Part shown: positions 26,863-41,811 of the stretch, piece by piece
Position numbering within the stretch: position 1 is the stretch's first letter
Layout of the letters: the number at the start of each line of letters is the position of its first letter
Source of the DNA: Octopus vulgaris
Lineage: Eukaryota
Assembly (NCBI GenBank): GCA_951406725.2
Contig: OX597821.1
Location: forward strand, 94,612,001-94,676,000
DNA: 64,000 nucleotides
Direction of reading: 5' to 3'
The notes under the pieces: generated by a model
Told to the model about the DNA's origin: nothing
Databases searched by the model: none
The model's input: the letters and a program-made list of their open reading frames with translations, nothing else
Translations under genes and position numbers: made by a program

Positions 26863-27364
26863 GGAATTTGATCATTTAAATGTTCGTAAGACCAGCTGCA
26901 CTCTGATGTGCCGACTGGATTACCACTGTAATTGTGTGAAAGTGCGAAGCAATGTATTGAACACCTGTGTTTCTTGGATCAATGACAAACTAAGACGTGC
27001 GTGGTGGTGGTGGTGGTGTCAGTTGTATCCACCCAGAAACAAACATGCGAATGTGTGTGTGTGTGTGTGTGTGTGTGTACATAAACATGCAAACACATGA
27101 CGCATGATGAATAGCCGAAACAAACTACTTCAGTCCAGCTAAACCAGCTTTTCCAAATCAGTGCTGCCTTCTTTGTGTACACTCTTGAAATGTCTGTGTG
27201 GCGGGTGGAAGAGATGAGAATGGATTAACATTTAGCAGACAGTCAATTGCGCATACATTCTCTTATGTGTATATGTGTATACGGGTGCATATGTGCGCGC
27301 TCGCGTGTATATACATACATACATATGTATGTTTGTACACACACACACACAAACACATATATCG

Positions 27365-27733
27365 TAGACGCTCCGTCGGTTATGACGACGAGGTTCCAGT
27401 TGAGCTGATCAACGGAGCAGCCTGCTCGTGAGATTAACGTGCAAGTGGCTGAGCACTCCACAGACACGTGTACCCGTAACGTAGTCCTCGGGGAGATTCA
27501 GCGTGACAGAGCGTGACAAGGCTGGCCCTTTGAAATACAGGTACGCCAAAAGCAGGAAGAAAGAGTGAGAGAAAGTTGTGGCGAAAGAGTACAGCAGGGT
27601 TCACCACCACCCCCTGCCGGAGTCTCGTGGAGCTTAAGGTGTTTTCGCTCAATAAACACTCACAACGCCTGGTCTGGGAATCGAAACCACGATCCTATGA
27701 CCGCGACTCCACTGCCCTAACCACTGAGCTATT
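27365..27733 (-). mobile_element. tRNA-derived SINE family C
   Basis: Colinear with 59951-60342; tRNA-like head with B box GTTTCGATTCC. Confidence 0.88.
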
Positions 27734-27844
27734 GTGTGTATAACGGATTGAGAAAACCATGGACAAAACGCTTCCTTCAGAGCAAAAGAAAAAATAGATA
27801 TAGTTAGATAGACATGTGGGTGGGTGGATGGATGGATTGATGGG

Positions 27845-27893
<49 letters not shown>

Positions 27894-28357
27894 GAGAGAG
27901 CAAGAGAGTGTAAGAAAAGAAAGAATTGACACAAGGACACTTATTTTTCTTCGAGTGATATTTACTCCAAACAACTTGAGATATCTTAATTCTCTTAAGA
28001 CATCTTAATGTCATCACAGCTTGAAGATAATTGTTTACCAAAAGTGTTTAAAATGAGTACGGTCAAATTAGGTGGATGTTGCTATACAGTAGAGCCGGAA
28101 AAGAAAGTAGTGTGTGTATTGGGAGGTATTGGCGGTGTTCCAGAACGCAAGGGAAGTGGAAGTATTTTCATACACACATAATACGCCCAATGATACTGTC
28201 AATATGCACTCAAGTAAAGATGTACGACCGTGGACACCCGTATATAATCACAAACGTTCGTTGCAAAAAATGGTGTGTGCATATATACATACGTGTGTGT
28301 GTGTGTGTGTGAGTGTGTGTATGATAGACATTCAAGTACCTCTGAGATGGCGAGAGT

Positions 28358-28434
<77 letters not shown>

Positions 28435-30527
28435 TAATATCCCCACTCTCTCTCTCATCATCTAACAGGTACTTGGGACATGTATGCTTTGCTGATGAAG
28501 TTCAATAACATCAAAACATGAGCAGAGTTATCACTCTTGTCATTCTGTCTCAACAATAATATTTACCTGTCGCTGATGCAGGCATATGGGCCTGATTAAT
28601 TGAAGTTATCGCGCTCACCACATTATGTATGTTAGTGCTTACTTCAATAGTAAATTATAGTTTGTTGATACCAATATAAGTTTGACATTTAGTAGAACAT
28701 CGTAAATTATTTTATGCAAATTAAAGCTACCATTTCTTCAGTGTATGCAAACGAGTGATATGTCTTTAGAAATATTTATTACATTTCAAACATACTTAAT
28801 TCCGCTTTAGAGTACGGCGAAGTTTATAATTTCATATTGGCTGCAGGTTACATATATATGTTGGCATCGAGGTTTGGCACCTTTGCAGGAGGTCATTCTT
28901 GAAGTACCAAGAAATAATACTGTAAAATCACACTAAAAGTTATTAATTAGATAATGATTTACTCTATAGCAAGATTAATTACCACTTGTTACCTACCCTC
29001 ACATCCCTAACTTAGACTATTTATCTGTGATTACTTTCCCGGCACTAGTTTTTTTCCTTTTTAATTTTCGTTTCTTCCACAGTTTTATCTGTGTGTGTGT
29101 GTGTTTGTGTAAATGTGTGTATGGATGTATAAACACGCACAAACATGAATCAACACACGCATACATGCAGGGCTATCTGTCAATTGAATGTATACAAGTA
29201 TGTATGTATATATCATATAGGTCAGGGCGTCTTCATTTGTTAATAGTAAATATTTGAACTTCTACCACCTGTTCATGACTAGCTGGGTTAGCATTGCCAA
29301 TTAACCAAGCAATCCTTCTCTGGCATTCCATTCGAGTTGGTTTGATAGTTGAACCATACAAGAATAAGAATTTAAAGTATGTGAAACTTGACAGAGTTAA
29401 TTAATAAATGCACTATACCAAATGGAACATGTTTTCTTGACTTGAAAAGACTGAAAGGCAAAGTTACAAAAATTTAACTTGGCGGGATTTGAGCTTAGAA
29501 ACGTAGAAGGTCGTGGATATACTAAATACAACAAGGCATCGTGACTAAACCCTACTGATAGACGGCAGTATAGACCTATCAGGTCTGCTGTTTCCCGTAG
29601 CATATATTGCCTTCTACGTCTAACAAGGGAGCGTCTACGAGGTTGATCGACTTGGTGGACATCACACCCTGATCTTAAACAAGACCCTACTTTTTATATT
29701 CTATTTAAATAAGGACACATCCAACAAAATAATCATAGTAATGCAAGATGCGATGATCCGGGGTGGACTGTCTTAGCTCATTGATACACCCAAAAGTTGA
29801 TCTACTATAATAATTGATTAATGAAGTCTAGCTGTTTGGATTTTTCTTTAGCACACATTTAAGAGACTGTTTGACAAAAAAAAATTCTCGGAGGACATAC
29901 TTTTTATAATTTATTTCCACCCTAATCGATGCTTCGGGCGTTCCTACGAAGTGTTAATGGATGGAATATTTATTTAGCCTCCATATTATTCACTGAACAG
30001 CATCCAATCGGTTTCAGATTTAGGGATGAGGTTGCCACATTAACATTAATATGTCATGTCTACTATCAAACTTTCTTCTAAGACAATGTCATTTTTAGGT
30101 ATCTTCAAGAGTTCATTGTATGGTAGTAATATTATAGATAATATGATAAATTGTATGGGACACAAAAGTAACGTTCGTATCTGTAGTATATAGCGAGCGA
30201 TTCTTTGATAGAACACAGTTCAGTTGTCTTCTCTGCTGATACCCTTCAACCCATCTATCTCTCTCCCTCCCTCTGTTTCAGTCACTGTACAACGGCTATC
30301 GACCCCAGTACTTTTTTCAAGTACAGTAGTTATTTGGTAGATACCTATTTGTCCAGTTGTTAAATCATGGGGCATAACTCGCCCCTCCCCCACACACGTA
30401 TTTGGGCGTGTGCTTTATGTGTGTGCGTGTATGTGTGTGTGATTCTTTATGTAATCCATACATACATACCTCAAGAAATGGACATTTCTGTACACAAGCT
30501 ACAACAGGGTAAGAAAAAGAAACAGGG

Positions 30528-30586
<59 letters not shown>

Positions 30587-32154
30587 GACAGAGCGGAGTA
30601 AAAGAGAGAGAAACAGAGAAACTGGCGGACGAGAAAGTTGCATACAACTTCAGAAGGTGAATGAAGAAACGGCAAAGGAAAGAAAACAGAGATGGAGTAA
30701 AAATGTGGAGATTCAAATGATTGTAAGAAAATGGTGTTAATGTATGAATGAATGAATGAATGAACGCAGTGTCGAGATGGAGAGATAAATAGGGAGATAT
30801 GTAGATGGAGATGAGGCAGGGACTGGCTTTAGAAGCAGCATTTTCTACATGCGATTTATGTTCAATGTAGAATTTATCTCTGTGGACACACTTCCCTTTC
30901 TCTATTACACACCCTTCTCGCCTGTTAATGAGATCACATTTTTATGGCTGCATCACCACTCCACCTCACACACGAGCATATACATACTTTCTCCCTCTCC
31001 TCTGTCTGCTGTCTGTCTGCTAGTCTCTTTCTCTCTCTCTATCAATATATTGCAGAAATTTGCACACACACACAACCTCAGAAAGATGAATATGCATGTT
31101 ATTTAATGTATGTACACACATGCAGGCAGATGCAGCTATCCAAACGCGCACATACAGAGAAATATATATATGTATATATATATATATAAGCACGCACATA
31201 CCAGCACAAGCCACACAACAAAGGAAAGCTGTACAGAGCCTTCTTTGTGTCAAAAAGCGAGGAAGGATGAACGGCGAAACAAACTGTTTGTAAAGCTATA
31301 GGCTCTTATATAATCAGCAACACACTACATCGATTGATAAAACAGGCAGACGACAAAGACAGAAGACAGAAGTCAGAAAAGGAAGACAGAACCAAACGTT
31401 AGAAGACAGAAAGGGTGAAGGACACAAAATAGTGAGAGAAAACAGGAAAGCGATGCTGATAAAGATAAAATTAATGATGATACCAAAGATTTATTTCTAA
31501 AGTAGGCACAAGGCAATAAATTTCGTGGAAGTGAACAGTCGTTTATGCTGAACTCTCTACATGACTAGTATCTATTTCACTGAACCGAGCAAGATGGAAA
31601 GCAAAGTCAGCCTCCATGAGAATAAAAATAGCTCTTAAACTGTGATATGAACACAAGGCCATTGATATTATAGAGACTCAAGGCCAGAAATCCTGCCGGA
31701 TGAGTACAAACGCCTTCGCTTCTTGAAGACAAACCTGAAGACGATAAAAAATGCGGGCAGATGTCATTTCTATAGCCTTAATCCACGCAGTAACAATGGT
31801 GTCTCTTCATTTTTTCATTTTTTAAGTACTTTTAAGATGGTAGGGTTGAAATTCGAGGGAAATGAATTTCATATTGGTGAAGACGATGCTTCAGCATAAT
31901 CTTGATTAAGATGGCCAAAATAAACGAAAAGAACATAAATGAAGTTAATTGAAATTATCTAATTAATAAGGATTAATTGGTAATTGAACATTTTATAATA
32001 TCTCAGATGATTAAGTCGCCTGCTTTCGAAGTAATTACATACGTTTTAACTTTTTTTTATACATTATCGTATCCTCAAAGCCCTTCTCCTAACACCACGC
32101 AAATAGAACACCCATGGTCACTTGAAATGCCGGGTCACACGATTACTAAGTGAA

Positions 32155-32450
32155 TACGCCTGGCTCAGAGGTTAGCGAATCGGGCTGTGTTCTTGAGCAA
32201 GACACTTAATTTCACGTTGCTCCAGTTCACTCAGCTGCAGTTGCGATGTCATAGGTGCCAAGTTATATCGGCCTTTGCCTTTCCCTTGGATAACACCGGA
32301 TAACACTTGGAGAGGTGAGACTGGTATGCATGGGTGATTGCTAGTCTTCCATAAACAACCTTTCCCGGACTTGTGCCCCGGTGGAGAACTTTCTAGGTGC
32401 AATCCCATGGTCATTCATGCCCGAAGGGGGTCTTTACCCTTTTTACCCAT
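32155..32450 (+). mobile_element. SINE of a further family (decayed head)
   Basis: A-box-like tggctcagaggttag, CORE-like gttcttgagcaagacactt, tail (tttaccc)2. Confidence 0.6.
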
Positions 32451-33128
32451 TACTAATGATCTCTCCTGGTGAATGCCTATTCTCAATGTACTATGGTCCA
32501 GCTCTGCTTGCTTCTACTCTCAGCCTCTCCTCCCCGGGAGTGTCAGACCCTCTAAAATTCTTGCACAGCATGTGATTTTATTGCAGCGGCCTATGCACAT
32601 ACATTTCAGGCGGGTATATTAAAGGCATGAATCTCCTCGGTCCTCGGAGGGCTTATAAAAGCTATAAGGTATAACCTTGTCCTCCAGAGTACAGCAATGT
32701 TATACCGCACAATTCTACCAATACGAGTAGCTTTATCATTAGATACGCTATCCATGACATATGCATTAATTCTTTTAAAACCGATACTGTCTATGACTAT
32801 ATACGTTAATTAAGTATTTTAATTAAATACGGCCAACATTTTAGACGTATCAGTTTTTTGTATAATTTCATATTCGTGCATAGTGAATTTCTTAGTTTCT
32901 GCCTCACAAGGGAGGCTCTTTCTGATCCATTGAAGTAGTTTTCGTCTTTTCTATCACCATTACCAAGATTTTCTCCAAGTTTATCCATCATCATCATCAT
33001 CATCACTGCCAATATCATCAACATTATCATCATCACCACTCCCGTCTCATCTCAGCACGCTCCATGAGGAATATTGAAATAATTACGATAAGAAGTAGGA
33101 CGGTCTGGATGGCTCTACCCTACATGAA

Positions 33129-33171
<43 letters not shown>

Positions 33172-33382
33172 GGAGGGTAGCCTCATTGAGTGACGGGTGC
33201 GGGAAGTTGAGATTAGACGATCGTGTTTCTATAATTTTTTTCAATGAAGATGAATGCCAAGGGCAAGAATAGTAGTAGTAGTAGTAGCAGCAGCAGTTTT
33301 GTTTGTAAGGCTTTTTGAGTTGTCTTTTCATTAATTCCTGTATGTGTCTGAATATATCTGCACACACACACACACACACACG

Positions 33383-33414
<32 letters not shown>

Positions 33415-33657
33415 TACATGCGTACATTCATGCATATATATGTGCATGTATGTGTGCGAGTTAAGCTTCAATGGTTGTTGATTGGTCCAAGCGGGGTGGG
33501 ACTTTTGTAGTGTTCATATCTTTCCAATGGTATTTATTAGTAACGTATTATTTGAACTAAAATCATAACCACCAGTCACGAATTCCATCTGGGTATATAT
33601 TACAGATACACTTGCCACACACCCCAGACACGCACATTATATTAGACAGGCAGACAG

Positions 33658-33701
<44 letters not shown>

Positions 33702-34276
33702 GAGTACGTATAGTGTACTAGGTACAGTTATTCTATGAAATGGTGCGTGTGTGTGTGTGTGTGTGTGTACACTATATCTATTGTAGTTGAGCAAGTTCTA
33801 GCCGTCGTTTCAAATCGACTTCTGCAACACTTGAGAAATATACATTTACATTATTTAAAACGCGCTTCTTAACGCATTAATACCAAATTAATTGACCTCG
33901 CTGTCGACAAAATGGTTCTTATCCAAATCAGATTTTCTGCTTTAGTTAAGGCTATAAGTGGAGACTATAAATACAATTTCTCTTGTGCGCAGAAGATAAG
34001 TCGATCGATACGTTGTCAAGAGACAACGTAGGAGATCCCAAATAGTAATGAAACCGGCTAGACCGATCCCTCTTTTCTTTTTGCAAAGGGATCGCATAGA
34101 TCTGTGTTCATAATTTGTCCATTGTAGTCAAATTCACATGCAATGTCAACCAAAACTTGCGTGTTTCCACAATAAATATCCTCTATCTATCTGTCTGTCT
34201 GTCTAGCTAGCTATCCATCTATCTATAACAAGTTAGATACAATTCCACCCACACTCACAAAGCAAGTGAATAAGCG

Positions 34277-34330
<54 letters not shown>

Positions 34331-34617
34331 TGTGTATCTCTCGAGAAGTTTATTACATAGCAACTGATGCACACACACACACACACACGAATACATAGAT
34401 ATAAGCACACAGACATACAGTACACCGAAACGCACCATTATTCATTATCAGATAGTGCTCTATTGCTAAGTATCAAGCAGTTCTTATATACTACATATAC
34501 CAAGCAATGCTTCCACATATATTGCAGTAGATAGTAGTCAATTTTATCGTACGCAGTAATGGTGTGATCATTTGCATATTAGCTTTACGTAGTACGAGTG
34601 GCTGCTATATACATATA

Positions 34618-34977
34618 TGAAGTGAGTGTTGAAAATCTCTTGGCTTTAATAGTATCGCAAAAGGCCTGGTTGGAGACCCAACCTTCCAAGTTTCTTCTAC
34701 AGGGCTTAGAAAAGCTGAAGGACGGTTGCAATAAGTGTGTGAGTCTAAGAGGGGAATCTCTCTCTCTCTCTCTCTTACTCTTTTACTTGTTTCAGTCATT
34801 TGACTGCGGCCATGCTGGAGCACCGCCTTTAGTCGAGCAAATCGATCCCGGGACTTCTTTGTAAGCCCAGTACTTATTCTATCGATCTCTTTTGCCGAAC
34901 CGCTAAGTGACGAGGACGTAAACACACACCAGCATCGGTCGTCAAGCAATGCTAGGGGGACAAACACAGACACACAA

Positions 34978-35009
<32 letters not shown>

Positions 35010-35232
35010 ATATATACGACGGGCCTCTTTCAGTTTCCGTCTACCGAATCCACTCACAAGGCATTGGTCGGCCCGGGGCTATAGCAGAAGACACTTGCCC
35101 AAGATGCCACGCAGTGGGACTGAACCCGGAACCATGTGGTTGGTTAGCAAGCTACTTACCACACAGCCACTCCTGCGCCTATATGTTGAACAAAATCATA
35201 GCCAAAGCCAGGAACTTTGCGGCACCCCATCG
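34618..35232 (+). mobile_element. Mariner-derived MITE interrupted by a SINE
   Basis: Degenerate TIRs (...tggcttt / aaagccagg...cccatcg) with TA flanks. The transposase C-terminus FLLQGLEKLKDGCNKCVSLRGE|YVEQ is split by the SINE. Confidence 0.75.
34757..35180 (-). mobile_element. SINE family B, full length, nested in a mariner MITE
   Basis: High identity to 23961-24352. Confidence 0.92.
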
Positions 35233-36197
35233 TATGTATGTATGTATGTATGTATGTATGTATGTATGTATGTATGTATGTATGTATGTATGTATGTATG
35301 TATGTATGTACACACGCGCTATGTTCTTAATTCGTTTACTGGTCTTAGTCTTTGGAACGCGGTCATGTTAGAACACATTTTCCACCCTGGTATGTTATTG
35401 AACTCTGACGAACCGCTAAGTTAAGATAACGACAGAAGGCAGCCGTCGACACTAGTTCCCACCAAACGAATTCCACTCACAAGACATCGTTTGACCCGTG
35501 GTTACAGAAGAAAGACATTTGCCTAAGCGTACGACGTAGTGTGAATGAACCGGTCCTCGGCTCCTTCACACCGGCACCCCCGCTGCAAAGCGATCTTATA
35601 AACCACACACCATTTCCTCGCCCACACACGCACACACACACATATATATACAGAGTAAAAGAAAGAAGATCTTGGAAGGAGTGGCGCCACCCGAGTACGT
35701 TGAATCAACTGAGGAATTTCATTCATTCAAATTCAACTATTCGGGTTACGGTAGCCATATACACATGCCTTCTTTATAACATAATCTATGAGGCTGATAT
35801 AAACTTATATACTTTACGTTGTGTATGTGTGAGAGAGTGTGCGTGCGTATTATATATATATATTGTACTGGAATGTATGTTACTTGAGGAGGATGCTGTA
35901 GTAAATTTATATACTATTGCGGATGTTGTAGTATATACAACTACGTAATTCGTGAATGACCCTGTAATAGTTTTTTATATAGTAAGAGTTTTTAAGATAA
36001 TAGTAACAGTGATGAAGAACGTATTTCCTTGATTTTTCAGCATCCCTCTTTATTTAGATTTTAGACTTCATAAACTGACCCTTATGAGACGGTAGGCCGT
36101 TCATCCCAGTAAGACGGATGCAATGGTTTTATTCTTTGAGAAGATCTTGGTGCTTTTACTTCTAATTATCCCACAAGTATCTTTCTATCCTTCTTCC

Positions 36198-36240
<43 letters not shown>

Positions 36241-36311
36241 TGTGTGTGCGTGTGTGAGTGTGTGTGTGTGTGTATTTCCTCATCGAAAAATTTTATATTT
36301 ATTACATACCA

Positions 36312-36865
36312 GAGTCAATATAAAGATCCTCACCCGGGAACAAAAAAAATTAACCAGCCAGGGGGTGTTAACAAGTGTGTGGAAAACGAATATGAAAAAA
36401 AAAAATGCTCGCTGACGACCCTGGGGTGGGGGGAGGATGGGACTTTCGGAAAATTCACATGATCCGATTTTACCGTCATAAATTCGGGTAAAATGGATAT
36501 TTATTGATTTTTTTACAGAATCCCGAGATTTGGCTGTTCTTTCTAGCATGTGGATAGCTTGCTGGGAGGCTTGAGGGTATATCTTCATTTTTTTTTCTTG
36601 TTGAAAAATTGAAATTTTAGAAACAATTTTATTTCAGAATCGTAATCATTTTTCTACGTATTTCGCAGTAAATAAAAAATAAATTGCGGAAAAAGTGAAA
36701 AATGAAGGCAGGATCGAAATTTTCCTAAAGCGCCCCCCCCCACCCGCGCCAGGGTCGTCAGCGCGCTTTTTTTTTTCATATTCATTTTCCATACATTTGT
36801 TAACCCCACAAGCTGGTTAATGTTTGTTTTTTTTTGTTCTTGGATGAAGGTCTTTATATTGACCC
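36312..36865. mobile_element. MITE / foldback element with terminal inverted repeats of about 145 bp
   Basis: 36312-36457 (gagtcaatataaagat...gctgacgaccctgg) is the imperfect reverse complement of 36717-36865. Flanks atacca / attcca. Confidence 0.85.
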
Positions 36866-37612
36866 ATTCCAGCCTTGACCATACCAGCTTATCTAGGAGC
36901 TACGTAATCCAAAGTATCTTTCCTCTCTTAAGGTAACAAATACGGTTTTATTTGAAGGAGAAATGATTGCTATTTGTTAACAAATCGAACGGAGATATAC
37001 AAGGATCTCCATGCAAAACACACACACATCTAAACGTGAATACAAACTCAAACGCCAAATGAAACGAGAGAACCCACAGTGAATGCATCTTTTGACAATC
37101 AACCAAGTGTCTCTTATCCTCATATACGTATATTCCTACAGTTTGTAAAAGCATTCGGCTGTGGGTTGGTGGGGTGGATTATTTATCGTTTGTTTTCTGT
37201 ATGAATGTATGTAAATAACAAACTACAGCTGTGTGAAGTCGTTCTAAGCTATTTCAAGAAACTACAACAGAAACAACAACAACACACACACACATTCTCC
37301 TTACAACTACTCTCATTCTACACTCCACCACCATAATATTTGACATTCCATTTACCCATAACAGAACAAGTTTTCGAAGAGAAGCAGCACACAGGTTATT
37401 TTTAACAGACATACCTCTACCCTCTATTCCTCCCACATCCATCCCATTACAGTGATTAAATTTATTCTGCCATGTATGTGTGTATGTATGTATGTAAGAC
37501 TTGTTTCACTTTTCTTCTTCTTCAATACGTAACCACAACTGAACAGTCTCTTTCTTTATTTTAATAATCTCGTTAAACATTTAAAGATGAGGCGATCAAA
37601 GCTTTTTTTTTT

Positions 37613-37851
37613 TACAGTTGAGCGTTGTTAAAATATCTCGGTTCAACAGGAGCCCACAATACCGTTTCAATTCTTGATTGTCTGAAGCATTCCATTTCGC
37701 TTAAAAACAACAACAACAACAACAACAACACCATCACCACCACCTACTACTACTACTACTACAGTTGAGCGTTGTTAAAATATCTCGGTTCAACGGGAGT
37801 CCACAATACCGTTTCAATTCTTGATTTCTGAAGCATTCCATTTCACTTAAA
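37613..37851. repeat. Local direct duplication of about 92 bp separated by a trinucleotide tract
   Basis: tacagttgagcgttgttaaaatatctcgg...cattccatttc at 37613-37705 and 37760-37851. Confidence 0.9.
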
Positions 37852-38238
37852 TCTACTACTATTCTACTACTACTACTACTACTACTATACACTTATAACT
37901 AATTTTAATTCGTTTATATGAAGTCTACATTGCTTAGTTCAAACAAGGGTTGCGAGGGCCGATCCATCATTAAATATTGTTGTTAATCTGTAACTTATTC
38001 AATGCACCCAGTACTGAATAATGTCATACAATCCTCATTTCTACCCGAGCATGCACAAATGCGTTCATTATTAAACAAATATCAGACTAGAGATAGATGT
38101 CAGGGAGTTCGAAGAAAAAGGAGGAGGAGAAGGAGGCTTCGAAACAGTGCAGAGAGTGTATACGTGTGTGTGTAATACCCATGAACCAGACAACCATATA
38201 TTAACCATCTTGCTGCTGCTGCTACTACTGTATAATAT

Positions 38239-38657
38239 TTATGTCCTTATTGCCCACAAGGGGCTAAACACAAAGGGGACAAACAAGGACAGGCAAACGG
38301 ATTAAGTCGATTACATCGACCCCAGTGCGTAACTGGTACTTAATTTATCGACCCCGAAAGGATGAAAGGCAAAGTCGACCTCGGCGGAATTTGAACCCAG
38401 AACATAACAGCAGACGAAATACCTATTTCTTTACTGCCCACAAGGGGCTAAACACAGAGGGGACAAAACAAGGACAGGCAAACGGATTAAGTCGATTACA
38501 TCGACCCCAGTGCGTAACTGGTACTTAATTTATCGACCCCGAAAGGATGAAAGGCAAAGTCGACCTCGGCGGAATTTGAACCCAGAACGTAACGGCAGAC
38601 GAAATACGGCTACGCATTTCGCCCGGCGTGCTAACGTTTCTGCCAGCTCGCCGCCCT
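38239..38657 (-). mobile_element. Dimeric SINE family A (one head plus two bodies)
   Basis: Body of about 187 bp repeated in tandem. TSD ctactgtataatat at 38225-38238 and 38661-38674. Confidence 0.9.
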
Positions 38658-40101
38658 GTGCTACTGTATAATATATCAATAATTCTGTTATATCACTCGC
38701 ACATTTACATTATTTCGTCTCTCTTCCTCTGTGTGTGTGTGTGTGTGTGTGTGTGAGTGTGAGAGAGAGAGAGAGAGAGAGAATTTATAATGTAGTTAAT
38801 TTGAGACAGGGCAGTTCTCAGAGCATTTTTTATGCATTCCTCAGGATTGGAAGCATAGCTAGGGTGACTGGGCGTAGTAAATGTGGATGAATTTTAAATA
38901 TGAAAATTTACATAGTATTCAGATTGAGGCGGGGCAGTACTCAGAGCATTTTTCAGGCACTCCTTTAGAGTGGAACCATTAACTGGGGTAACCGGGCGAA
39001 GTTAATGTGGGGGTAGTTAATAGGTAGAATTCATGCAGGCCCTGTTTAAAATATCGGAATGAACCATCAAAGAAAGGAAGTGTGGGACGATAGGATTGTG
39101 CTTTTAGTCGAGGCTCTGTGAACAAGGAATGCACAATTAAAGGGCACGAGTATGGATGGGTTGAGGTTAGTAAGTGTATAACCGAGTGCTCTTAGGTAGG
39201 ATCAGTCTACCTACAAGCGGTCATTAAGGTTGGAGAGGCAGGTTACATGTAGAATAGACAGGAAGAGAGGACAACCGGGTTGGTTTATATTAGCGACATA
39301 TATATTTACATACATGTCCTCATATCACACACGTTCTCAAAAATATATACTAACTAGAGATGACACAAATATACAGTAACTAGAGACGATACATCAATCA
39401 GCTTGTCATGTGAGAGAGAGACACAGAAACACACATACATCATACACATTCATACAGACATGCAACTAAGATAAATATATCAGTATCCTTCGATGTGTCA
39501 GAAAAAAGGTGTGTAAAAAATGCTTACTGGAAGACCCATTATCAGTAAGCAACAAGATATTCTGAAGGTCGAAACCCGGGACTTGTCACCGAGTTATTAC
39601 AATGTACTGAACCAACATGCATAGCTCTGCTGAAATTAATACACATGCATATGAACAATGAGAAGTGTATGAAATCGCGCACACACATACACACACATTA
39701 CACATATACACACACACATTTAGATAGAAAGGGGGTAGAGAGAGGATGTAAAAAAGATAGACAGATTGGTGGATAGATAATTGATTTCTCTTATAGTTTT
39801 TAAGATGAATAGCTACAGATACAGAATGACACACAAGGGTAGATTGAAGATGTGCAATGATGGAGATATATAGATTGATGAGGAAGGAAAAGGAGACACA
39901 GGAAGTACTTAAAAGTGTCAGTCAATCCTCATTTGACAAAACAAAGAAAGCAACCAGGGCAGAATACAAGGATGCAGCCACAGGAGCGAATGAACGACTA
40001 AGATGCAGAGAGAGGTACTTGACAATGGTGACGTCATGTATTGTTCCAGTACTTTATTACGATTAGCGATGGTGACATTTGGGAGTGTGTGTGGAAGAGG
40101 G

Positions 40102-40138
<37 letters not shown>

Positions 40139-40377
40139 AAGTGTAGGATGGAATGGATGGATGAATAGACACACACACACCTATCAGAGGCAATATTTCG
40201 GTAAAAGTATATGACATCATGTGTAACTGTGTAACGTTATGTTTCATCTGCTTGACAAAGTTGAACAGTCAAACACGCAATCGCACTCCACTTACCAATG
40301 ACTGACGTCATATACCAATATCGAAACATTGCCTGTATGTATACATACATAATATATATATATATATGTATACATAC

Positions 40378-40468
<91 letters not shown>

Positions 40469-40495
40469 GTGTGTGTGTGTGTGTTTTGTAATGTC

Positions 40496-40550
<55 letters not shown>

Positions 40551-41535
40551 ATGTGTTTGAGGTTTGCTTGTATACAAGATGATATAAAGTGACAAAAATA
40601 AATATTAGCTAATGAAGAATACAGGCTTAACCACAAATAAATTTGCATTTCACACCATCTAATGACACCGCTTATGCCACAATGACGCAATGAACCTACC
40701 TACCTACCTACCTACCTAAAAGAAATGCGCCTATTTATTTTAAAGGTCATCGCATCCCTTGATGAAAAGTCCATGCCTCTCTACTTCCCATCCACCTCTG
40801 ATTCGTGACCCCATGATTGTATATAAAAGAGGATGGTGACTTATTTTTCAATGAAATAGTTTAACATACGCCCACCCACCGGCGAGTATACTCACACGCA
40901 TACACACACACATATGCGTATATATATATATATATAGTGTGTTTAATAGGTTTAAGCGTGTGGTTAAGATGTTTGCTGAGAAGGCACGTGGTTCCAGATT
41001 CGATCCCACTGTGCGACACATTTGCCTTGTCTTCCGCTGTAACCCCCCAGTTGATCAATGCGTTGTCAATAAAATGTTAGAAAATGTGCGGAAGCTCGTC
41101 ATTTTGACGTGTGTGTGTGCGTGTGGTGTGTGTGTGGGGGGGTACTAGTTGCAACCAGAAACACGAACCTCTTAAGGCAGATCTTAATTCCTCTAATCGT
41201 GCCGTATGGTAGTTGTCTACAATGGTTTAGTGGTCTACAACTAACTAGAAATTTTGTGCTGTGCGAGTGTCTGTAATATGAGTGTAAGTATGCATGGATG
41301 TTTGTGATGTGTGGATTATGCTGAACTCGAGGAAAATAAACAGTTTCCAACTGGCAATAAGTGACAGATTTTTGAAAGAATCTTAATCTAGAAAGACTAA
41401 AGTAACACTAAAGTAACTGACAACATAGTCTAACACAACCAACACGAAACATGAATTTAATTAGCTTTCAGACAGGAGTGCAACGCAGAGTCTAAAGTGT
41501 GCGTGTGTGTATGTATGTATGTACGTATGTATATG

Positions 41536-41589
<54 letters not shown>

Positions 41590-41811
41590 ACAATGTGTAT
41601 ATAATATATATCGCACATTCTCTTTTGATTTGAATGAATGAAAGAATGAAATAAAAAAAAAGAATGAAAACCAATGTAAGAGAATGACTGACAGGTAGTC
41701 GTTCAATACTTTTGGTTCATCCTTCATATTCTGTATGAATCTGAATTTTGATTTCATGGAACCAGAAACAATAACAACATATTAGGATGGTTGAGGAATA
41801 TTAATCTAAAT

